Below are positions 1 to 6,723 of a stretch of 30,746 nt of DNA, one piece after another; the first letter of the stretch is position 1; the number at the start of each line of letters is the position of its first letter. Both the position numbers and the translations under genes were made by a program. Under the pieces are notes generated by a model. That model was not told the DNA's origin, searched no databases, and saw nothing but the letters and a program-made list of their open reading frames with translations. The DNA comes from Actinomycetota bacterium (GTDB lineage Bacteria; Actinomycetota; UBA4738; HRBIN12), in the NCBI GenBank assembly GCA_035573935.1, contig DATLZP010000115.1, positions 1 through 30,746 of the forward strand, read 5' to 3'.

Positions 1-244
1 CCAGCCGGTCGGCCGGATCGCCCCCCAGCGCGCGCCGCACGACCTCGACCCGGCGGGCCTCCGCCGCCTCCACCGCGGCCGCGAGGGCCGCGCGGGCCGC
101 GGCCTCCGAGAAGCCCTCGCTCCGGACGCCGGAGATGAGGACCAGGCGGGCCCGGCACCGCCGCGCCAAACGGACCGCGGCCCCCACCGCGGCCGCGGCC
201 GTGGGCGAGCCGTCGGTCCCCACGACGATCGTCCGATAGGCCAT
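1..244 (-). CDS. Universal stress protein (USP), N-terminal part; runs off the window edge
   Basis: Not in the ORF track. Hand translation from ATG 244: MAYRTIVVGTDGSPTAAAAV...RRALGGDPADRL, with the USP beta1 motif IVVGTDGS and GDPA. The ATG overlaps the upstream TGA (ATGA). Confidence 0.88.
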   Translation of the reverse strand, partial: MAYRTIVVGTDGSPTAAAAVGAAVRLARRCRARLVLISGVRSEGFSEAAARAALAAAVEAAEARRVEVVRRALGGDPADRL

Positions 245-1047
245 CAGCGGACCTCCAGGGTCCCCCTCATCGCCGGGTGGAGGTCGCACCGGAACGCGTA
301 GGTCCCGGCGTCGAGGGGTCCCACGACGTAGCGGGCGGTGCCCGGTCCGTCCACGAAGCCCCCCACGAACACGGCCCGCGAGAAGCCCTGGTCGGCATAG
401 ACCGCGACGTTGTGCGGCACGCCGGGTTCCCGGTTCGCGAACGCGATGACGAACGTTCGGCCGGCCGGCGCCGCCAGGCGATCGGTGGAGAACGACGTGG
501 AGTCGGCCGCCGACAGCTGCAGGCGCGGCGCGTCGGGCGGGACGGGCCGTTCGGACCCCGCCGTTCGCCCGCCGAGCCCGAGGCCGGGCTTGAACATCAT
601 CAGGTACAGGATCGCCACCAGCCCCAGCCCGCCGATCCAGGCCACGGCGAGGCCCGAGCCGGCCCGTCGCACCGCGGCGAACCCCTCGTCGGAGACGGCC
701 TCGGAGCCCTCCATCAGCGCCCGGGCCACGGTCCCCACGCGCACCGTGAACGGCTTCGCCATCGAATACATCGCGATCGACGTGACCACGAGGATCGCGA
801 TCGACGCCCAGATCCACGGCCTCCCCCACCAGCCCCCCAGGGTCGCCGCGACGATCCCGCCGACCAGGAGCACGCCGAGCGAGGCGTAGAAGGGCCCGAC
901 CGACGAGCCCGACAGCTCGACCAGGTCGGCCACCCGCCGGGGGTCCCGCTCGGCGCGGATCCGGAACAGCGCGAACATCGACACGCCGTGCGAGGCGAGG
1001 AAGGCGAAGACGCCGAGGAGGTGCACGAAGACCCACCAGCGGTACAC
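244..1047 (-). CDS. 4-TM membrane protein (DUF2269-like) fused to a C-terminal cupredoxin (type 1 copper) domain
   Basis: Four hydrophobic helices starting WWVFVHLLGVFAFLASHG. C-terminal PHNVAVY...YAFRCDLHPAMRGTLEV supplies His, Cys, His and Met ligands. SD GGAGGTGA lies before the GTG. The family name for the N-terminal part is tentative. Confidence 0.75.
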   Translation of the reverse strand: MYRWWVFVHLLGVFAFLASHGVSMFALFRIRAERDPRRVADLVELSGSSVGPFYASLGVLLVGGIVAATLGGWWGRPWIWASIAILVVTSIAMYSMAKPFTVRVGTVARALMEGSEAVSDEGFAAVRRAGSGLAVAWIGGLGLVAILYLMMFKPGLGLGGRTAGSERPVPPDAPRLQLSAADSTSFSTDRLAAPAGRTFVIAFANREPGVPHNVAVYADQGFSRAVFVGGFVDGPGTARYVVGPLDAGTYAFRCDLHPAMRGTLEVR

Positions 1048-1075
1048 GAACTCACCTCCCCGGGCGCGGTGGCGC

Positions 1076-1084
1076 AGCCTAGCA
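1076..1084 (-). promoter_or_regulatory. Extended -10 (TGC-TAGGCT) for the cupredoxin-fusion/USP pair
   Basis: TGnTAnnnT match about 30 nt upstream of the GTG at 1047. Confidence 0.55.
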
Positions 1085-1092
1085 GAGCCTCG

Positions 1093-1260
1093 TCAGCCCC
1101 GGCGGCCGATCTCGCCCACCCGCTGGGGAGCGGGGGCGCCTGCATCGGACCGGAGCGTCCGGAGCACCCGCCGCTCGATCACGAGGGCGATCGCCCCCAT
1201 CGCCGCCCCGAGCAGGGCGCGCTCCAGGCGCCGGAGGAGCCGCCCCCCGGGCCCGGTCAC
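1093..1260 (-). CDS. Small hypothetical protein, 55 aa, one hydrophobic stretch
   Basis: GTG 1260 overlaps the cyclase stop (GTGA). MTGPGGRLLRRLERALLGAAMGAIALVIERRVLR..., the in-frame tail of track ORF 1093..1551. Confidence 0.55.
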   Translation of the reverse strand: MTGPGGRLLRRLERALLGAAMGAIALVIERRVLRTLRSDAGAPAPQRVGEIGRRG

Positions 1261-2546
1261 GACGGCGCCTCCGCGCCCAGCACGCGGTGGACCTCCACCG
1301 GCTCCTCCCGCCCCCGGACGTGGCGGACCCCGGCCGGCTCGGCCCGGACGGCGGGCGCCGCCCTCACGGTGCTCGCCGCCGCCACGATCTCCCCGCCCTC
1401 CGCCTCGGCCTGCAGCCGGGAGGCCACGTTCACGGCGTCCCCCACCACCGTGTACTCGAGGCGGCCACCGCCCCCGACCGTGCCGGCGATGACGAGGCCG
1501 GTGTTCACCCCGATCCCCACGAGGAGCGGGGGGAGCCCCGGGATCCCCCACCCCTCGGCGTTCAGCTCCTCCTGACGGGCCTGCATGGCGAGGGCGCAGC
1601 GCAGCGCCCGTTCCGCGTGGTCGGGCTGGGGGTCCGGCGCCCCGAACACGGCCATCACCGCATCCCCCTGGAACTTGTCGATCGTCCCCCCGTGGGCCAG
1701 CACGACCTCCGCCATCGCGGAGAGGTGCCGCCCCACGACCGTCGCGACGTCCCGGGCCGGGAGCTGCTCGGCGAGCGTCGAGAACCCGCGGATGTCGGAG
1801 AACAGGACGGTCACCTCGACCTCCTGGGGCGCGATCGCCGTCTCCGGCCGGGCGGCCAAGAGGTCGGCGAGCTGCTGGGGGACGAAGGAGGCCAGGGTCC
1901 GACGCGAGGCGGCCTGCTCGACCACCGCGGCGTGCAGGCGCTTGAACTCGTCGATCAGGCCGCCATCCGCCCGCCCGGCCATCCGCCGGAACAGCTCGGT
2001 GACCCGCCGGTCCACGGCCTCCTGCGTCGTGCCGAGCTCCGCGGCCATCTCCGCGTAGCCCATGCCCCGGGCCATGAGGTCGAGGATCCGGCGGTCCTCC
2101 TCCGCCGCGTCCCGCCGTCCCGACAGGCGCTCGGCGATCGCCGGGTCCACCGCCGACCCCCCCGCCGCCACCTCCCGGATGGCCCGGACCAGCTCGTCCC
2201 CCTGGGCGATGCGGTCCTTCAGCAGGTAAGCGAGGCCGCTCTGGCCCTTCCCCAGGAGCGCGATGGCGTAGTCCTCGTCGTCGTGGGCCGAGAGGACGAC
2301 GACGCCGGTCCCGGGGTGCCGGCCCCGGATCTCGTGCGCGCAGTCGATCCCCTCCAGCCGGAAGTGGGGAGGCATCTTGATGTCGGTGACCACCACGTCC
2401 GGAACGGTGTCCGCGGCCGCGCGGAGCAGCCCGGGCGCGTCCGCCGCCACCCCCACCACCTCGATGTCCGGGAACGATTCGAGCAGGGCCCGCACGCCCT
2501 CCCGGACCAGGACGTTGTCCTCACCCAGCACGACCCGGATCGTCAC
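1257..2546 (-). CDS. Response regulator with REC, LuxR-like HTH remnant and class III adenylate cyclase domain (429 aa)
   Basis: REC: VVLGEDN, TDIKMP, VLSAH, YLLK. HTH-like: RILDLMARGMGYAEMAAELG. Cyclase: VLFSDIRGF, IDKFQGDAVMA, GVNTG, EYTVVGDAVNVASRL. Start set at GTG 2546 from SD GGAGG spacing (track uses 2552). Confidence 0.92.
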   Translation of the reverse strand: MTIRVVLGEDNVLVREGVRALLESFPDIEVVGVAADAPGLLRAAADTVPDVVVTDIKMPPHFRLEGIDCAHEIRGRHPGTGVVVLSAHDDEDYAIALLGKGQSGLAYLLKDRIAQGDELVRAIREVAAGGSAVDPAIAERLSGRRDAAEEDRRILDLMARGMGYAEMAAELGTTQEAVDRRVTELFRRMAGRADGGLIDEFKRLHAAVVEQAASRRTLASFVPQQLADLLAARPETAIAPQEVEVTVLFSDIRGFSTLAEQLPARDVATVVGRHLSAMAEVVLAHGGTIDKFQGDAVMAVFGAPDPQPDHAERALRCALAMQARQEELNAEGWGIPGLPPLLVGIGVNTGLVIAGTVGGGGRLEYTVVGDAVNVASRLQAEAEGGEIVAAASTVRAAPAVRAEPAGVRHVRGREEPVEVHRVLGAEAPS

Positions 2547-2614
2547 GCCCACCCCTCCCCGCCCGGCGCCCGCCCGGGGCCCGGCCGCTCGTCCGACGCG
2601 CCCGGCGCCCCGTG

Positions 2615-2620
2615 TAGCAT
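2615..2620 (+). promoter_or_regulatory. -10 element TAGCAT, probable leaderless promoter of the NarL-type regulator
   Basis: TANNNT 6 nt before GTG 2627, with no SD. Confidence 0.6.
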
Positions 2621-2626
2621 CGCCCC

Positions 2627-3295
2627 GTGGTCCGCGTCGTGTTCGCCGAGGATAACTACCTCGTGCGGGAGGGGACCGCCGCGCTCCTCTCCGCCCGCGA
2701 GGACGTGGATCTCGTGGCCACCGTGGGCGACCTCGACGGCCTGCTGGCCGCGGTCGCCGAGCACGGCCCGGAGGCCGTCCTCACCGACATCCGGATGCCC
2801 CCCACCCACACCACCGAGGGGATCCAGGCCGCGAAGAGGATCCGCGACGAGCACCCGGGCACCGGCGTCGTGGTCCTGTCCCAGTACGCGGAGGAGGAGT
2901 ACGCCTACGAGCTCCTGCGCGACGGCGCGGCCGGCCTCGGCTACCTGCTCAAGGAACGCGTGGCGGACGTGGACGAGGTGGTCCGGGCGCTCCACGAGGT
3001 GGCCCGCGGCGGCTCCGTCCTCGACCCGAAGGTGGTCGAGGCCCTCGTGGCCCGCAAGGACCGCCTGGCGCACTCCCCGCTGGCCCAGCTCACCGACCGG
3101 GAGCGCGAGGTCCTGGCGCACATGGCCGAGGGGAAGAACAACGCCGCGATCGCCAGGGCGATGTTCCTCACCGAGCGGGCCGTCGAGAAGCACATCAACT
3201 CGCTGTTCCACAAGCTCGGCCTGTCGGAGGAGCGTGAGATCCACCGCCGCGTGATGGCCGTCCTCACCTTCCTCCGGGAGGAGCCGGTCGGCTAG
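2627..3295 (+). CDS. NarL/LuxR-family response regulator (REC + HTH)
   Basis: AEDN, TDIRMP, VLSQY, YLLK; HTH LTDREREVLAHMAEGKNNAAIA...VEKHINSLFHKLG. Confidence 0.96.
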   Translation: MVRVVFAEDNYLVREGTAALLSAREDVDLVATVGDLDGLLAAVAEHGPEAVLTDIRMPPTHTTEGIQAAKRIRDEHPGTGVVVLSQYAEEEYAYELLRDGAAGLGYLLKERVADVDEVVRALHEVARGGSVLDPKVVEALVARKDRLAHSPLAQLTDREREVLAHMAEGKNNAAIARAMFLTERAVEKHINSLFHKLGLSEEREIHRRVMAVLTFLREEPVG

Positions 3296-3297
3296 GT

Positions 3298-3900
3298 TCA
3301 CGCCGCTCCCCCGGACCCGCGGCGGCCCGCCCACCCCTGGACCACGGCCAGGGAGAGGAGCGCCGTCGCCACGTACACCGGCGTGCCCACGAGCACCTGC
3401 AGCGCCATCTCCGAGAGCGTGGAGTGGGCCTCGACGTGCCGGGCGGCGACCGCGGGGTCGCGCCCGAAGACGGCCACGGCCAGCCGGGCCAGAGGGGTGC
3501 CCCGACCCACGAGGACGTCGTGGAGGAACGGCCCCGGCCCGGTCACCACGCCGAAGACCACGCCGACCAGGGCCACGTAGACCGCCGACGATGCCCGGCT
3601 CCCCTGGACCCCCACCCGGTGCACCGCGGCAAGGGCTCCGGGGAGGATCAGGAACAGGGCCGGGCTGAGGGCCAGGAAGCCCAGCGTGGAGTCGAACAGC
3701 CAGTGCCAGACGTCGGCGATCGGCGGGCCGGCCTCGCCCCGTTGGATCGCGTGGAGCCAGAACATCACCCCGCCGCCCGCGTACGCGAGCGAGGCGGAGG
3801 TCACGAGCAACGCGACCCACGCCAGCGGGCGCGCGTAGAAGGCGCGGATGCCCTGCCGGGCTCCCCGCCCGGCCCTGGAGATCGTCTCGACGGCGCTCAT
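3298..3900 (-). CDS. Hypothetical multi-pass membrane protein (200 aa)
   Basis: Strong SD AAAGGAGG before ATG 3900; about 4 hydrophobic segments; the 3' part of track ORF 3298..6489; convergent with the regulator. Confidence 0.8.
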   Translation of the reverse strand: MSAVETISRAGRGARQGIRAFYARPLAWVALLVTSASLAYAGGGVMFWLHAIQRGEAGPPIADVWHWLFDSTLGFLALSPALFLILPGALAAVHRVGVQGSRASSAVYVALVGVVFGVVTGPGPFLHDVLVGRGTPLARLAVAVFGRDPAVAARHVEAHSTLSEMALQVLVGTPVYVATALLSLAVVQGWAGRRGSGGAA

Positions 3901-3945
3901 GGTTCCTCCTTTCGATGCGAGGGACCCCGATCCGCCCCCCTCGAT

Positions 3946-3992
3946 CCACGGGCCGGGGCGCGAGGCCCACGGGCCGGGGCGCGAGGCCCCGG
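3946..3992. repeat. Perfect 21-nt tandem duplication (CCACGGGCCGGGGCGCGAGGC x2) overlapping a 7-bp hairpin right after the USP stop
   Basis: Copies at 3946-3966 and 3967-3987. Hairpin CCGGGGC-GCGAG-GCCCCGG at 3974-3992. Confidence 0.85.
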
Positions 3993-4403
3993 CTACTGCG
4001 CGCGGCGGGTGTCCACGATGAACACCGAGCACGGCGCGTGCTGCACGACGGCGTTCGGTACGCTGCCCAGGAACCACCGGCGCCTCCCGTGGGTCCCGCG
4101 GTTGCCGACGACGATCACGTCCACCCCCTCCTCGTCGGCCACCTGGCAGATCGTCTCGGCGGGATCGCCCGCCTCGGCCCGGGTCCGGACCTTCACGGCG
4201 GGGAACCGCGACGGCATCCGGGCCAGGTAGGCCTCCGGGTCCGGGACCTTCCCGGGGTCGAACACCTCCCGGGCATCGAGGGGCGGCCGGACGTAGAGCA
4301 CGAGCAGCTCCGCCTCCCTGGCTCCGGCCAGCGCGGCGGCGGTCTCCACCGCCAGGTCGGCCGCGGCCGAGGTGTCGGTCCCCACCAGCAGCTTCTGGAT
4401 CAT
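3993..4403 (-). CDS. Universal stress protein, single domain, ATP-binding type
   Basis: LLVGTDTS, GDPAETI, VIVVGNRG-x9-GS (G-2X-G-9X-GS), VVQHAPCSVFIV; SD GAGGAGG. Confidence 0.95.
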   Translation of the reverse strand: MIQKLLVGTDTSAAADLAVETAAALAGAREAELLVLYVRPPLDAREVFDPGKVPDPEAYLARMPSRFPAVKVRTRAEAGDPAETICQVADEEGVDVIVVGNRGTHGRRRWFLGSVPNAVVQHAPCSVFIVDTRRAQ

Positions 4404-4430
4404 CGCCCACCTCCTCGCGGTGCCGGCCCG

Positions 4431-4477
4431 ACCGTACGCCCCGTACCCGGACCGGCCCTAGCCGGGTGGCACCACTC
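4431..4477 (-). promoter_or_regulatory. USP promoter: -10 TACGGT plus upstream motif GAGTGGTGCCA
   Basis: TANNNT at 4436-4431. The 11-mer at 4467-4477 is identical to 15721-15731. Confidence 0.5.
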
Positions 4478-4608
4478 GTGAGAGGCTTGAGCGCCACCCC
4501 GGGCGGAAGGTTGCCGACGCGGCCCGGGGGAGGCAGCACGCGGCAGGGATGAGGGACTCCCCCCACGATGGTTCGGACCACACCCTTCCCGGGGCCGGAC
4601 CCGGAGGG

Positions 4609-4614
4609 CAGCAT
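4609..4614 (+). promoter_or_regulatory. -10-like CAGCAT, probable leaderless promoter of the kinase operon
   Basis: 6 nt before ATG 4621; same context (AGCATCGCSCC-RTG) as 2616-2629. Confidence 0.4.
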
Positions 4615-4620
4615 CGCGCC

Positions 4621-6723
4621 ATGACCGCACGGACGGCCTCTCGCCTGGCCTGGGCCGCGGTGGCCCTGTTCGCGGCGCTCGTCGCCAGCGGGCTCGCCCT
4701 CCTCGCCCGGAACGGACGGGGAGGCCTGGGCGGGAACCTCGCCATGGTCGTCGTCTTCGGATCGATCGTCGGGGTGGGGGCCCTCGTCGTCTCCCACCAG
4801 CCGGGGAACCCCATCGGATGGCTGTTCCTCTTCATCGGGACCGGCGCCGCGCTGAGCTTCGCCTCCGGGGAGTACGAGTTCCTGGCCTACGTGGCGGACC
4901 CCGCTCCGCCCCCGGGCCGGGCGATCGCCGCCTGGGTCTCCGGCTGGGCCTGGGTCGTGTCGATCGGCCCGATCATGACCTACGTTCCCCTCCTCTTCCC
5001 CGACGGCCGGCTGCCATCGCCCCGCTGGCGGCCGGTGGCGTGGGCGGCCGGTGCGCTGCTCCTCGTGTCCGCCCTCCTGTTCGCCGTGGCCGAGCGCCTG
5101 GAGATCACCGACGGGGTCCGGGTCCCCAACCCCTTCGGCCTGGTGGACCTCCCGGTGGCCTCCATCGACCAGGCGACCTTCCTCGCCTTCGTCGCGGTGG
5201 CCCTCCCCTCGGTCGCCGCCCTGATCGTGCGGTTCCGGAGGTCGACCGGCGAGGAGCGGCTCCGCCTCAAGTGGTTCACGTTCGGGATCGGGGTCCTGGC
5301 CGGGTTCTTCCTGTTCAGCGCGGCGGTCCAACTGCTCGGCCTGGGGGATGAGGTGCTCGGGGGGGACCTCATCGCGGCGGCCGCGTTCATGGCCGTCCCC
5401 GTGGGGGCGGGGATCGGGATCCTCCGCTACCAGCTCTTCGACATCGACCTCGTGATCCGGAAGACGGTCGTGTTCGGCCTCCTGGCCGCCTTCATCACGA
5501 TCGTCTACGGGGTCGTCGTGCTGGGGATCCCGGCCCTGGTGCTCGGCGTCCGGCCCACCGGGATGGGCGCGCTCCCCCTCGTGGCGGCGGTCGTGCTCGC
5601 GATCGCGTTCCAGCCCGTCCGCCGGCGGGCGCAGCACTGGGCGAACCGCCTCGTCTACGGGGAGCGGGCCACGCCCTACGAGGTCCTCTCGGAGTTCGCC
5701 CAGCGCATGAGCGGGACGTTCGCGGCGGAGGAGCTCCTGCCGCGGACGGCCCGGATCCTGAACGAGGGCACGGGGGCCGAGCGGACCGACGTGTGGCTGC
5801 GGGTGGGGGACGAGCTCCGGCCGGCCGCATCCTGGCCCTCCGGTGGACCCGAGCCCGGGCCGCTGCGGGTGGGGGCCGACGGCGAGCTGCCCCCGATCCC
5901 GGGCGCGGACGCCGCGTACCCCGTGCGACACCAGGACGAGCTGCTGGGCGCGGTCTCGATCCGCAAGCCTCGCGACGAGCCGATCACGGACACCGAGGAC
6001 CGGCTGCTGGCCCACGTCGCGGCCCAGGCCGGCCTCGTGCTGCGGAACGCTCGGCTCACCGAGGAGCTCCGGAGGACGATCGACGAGCTCCGGGCCTCCC
6101 GCCAGCGCCTGGTGACGGCCCAGGACGAGGAACGTCGGCGGCTGGAGCGGAACATCCACGACGGGGCCCAGCAGCAGCTCGTGGCCCTCACCGTGCAGCT
6201 CCGGCTCCTCGAGGAGCGGATCGGGCGGGACCCGGAGGGGGCGAGGGAGGCCGCGTCGCAGCTCCGGGGGGCGGCCGCCGAGGCCCTCGAGGACCTCCGG
6301 GACCTGGCCCGGGGGATCTACCCCCCGCTCCTCGCCGACAAGGGGCTCCCGGCGGCGATCGAGGCCCAGGCCCGCAGGTCGAACACCCCCATCGACGTTG
6401 AGGCGGACGGCGTGGCACGCCACCCGCCCCAGACGGAGGCCGCCGTCTACTTCTGCTGCCTCGAGGCGATCCAGAACGCGACGAAGCACGCGGGCGCGGC
6501 CCGCATCGTCGTCCGGATCTCGGAGGGGGATGGCGAGCTTCGCTTCGAGGTCGAGGACGACGGTCGGGGGTTCGAGCCGGCCGCGATCCCCCGAGGGACC
6601 GGGCTGCAGAACATGTCCGACCGGCTGGAGGCGCTGGGGGGCACCCTCGAGATCCGATCCGTCCCGGGCCGCGGCACGACGATCCGGGGACGGCTGCCCA
6701 CGGACGGGGGGCGGGCGGGATGA
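4621..6723 (+). CDS. Membrane sensor histidine kinase HK1 (multi-TM, GAF-like, HisKA_3, HATPase_c), 700 aa
   Basis: H-box ERRRLERNIHDGAQQQL (His codon 6157-6159), N-box EAIQNATKHA, DDGRGF, GTGLQNM. Start placed at ATG 4621. Confidence 0.93.
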   Translation: MTARTASRLAWAAVALFAALVASGLALLARNGRGGLGGNLAMVVVFGSIVGVGALVVSHQPGNPIGWLFLFIGTGAALSFASGEYEFLAYVADPAPPPGRAIAAWVSGWAWVVSIGPIMTYVPLLFPDGRLPSPRWRPVAWAAGALLLVSALLFAVAERLEITDGVRVPNPFGLVDLPVASIDQATFLAFVAVALPSVAALIVRFRRSTGEERLRLKWFTFGIGVLAGFFLFSAAVQLLGLGDEVLGGDLIAAAAFMAVPVGAGIGILRYQLFDIDLVIRKTVVFGLLAAFITIVYGVVVLGIPALVLGVRPTGMGALPLVAAVVLAIAFQPVRRRAQHWANRLVYGERATPYEVLSEFAQRMSGTFAAEELLPRTARILNEGTGAERTDVWLRVGDELRPAASWPSGGPEPGPLRVGADGELPPIPGADAAYPVRHQDELLGAVSIRKPRDEPITDTEDRLLAHVAAQAGLVLRNARLTEELRRTIDELRASRQRLVTAQDEERRRLERNIHDGAQQQLVALTVQLRLLEERIGRDPEGAREAASQLRGAAAEALEDLRDLARGIYPPLLADKGLPAAIEAQARRSNTPIDVEADGVARHPPQTEAAVYFCCLEAIQNATKHAGAARIVVRISEGDGELRFEVEDDGRGFEPAAIPRGTGLQNMSDRLEALGGTLEIRSVPGRGTTIRGRLPTDGGRAG

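Noticed and set aside
4550-4566. DosR/DevR box near a USP gene (TGAGGGACT half-site)
   Set aside because: The second half-site (AGTCCC) is absent, and the site is far from the USP -10.
5680-6040. Kinase GAF domains acting as cAMP sensors for feedback
   Set aside because: The GAFs are short (further truncated in HK2 and HK4) and show no NKFDE-type cyclic-nucleotide motif; there is no sequence support.
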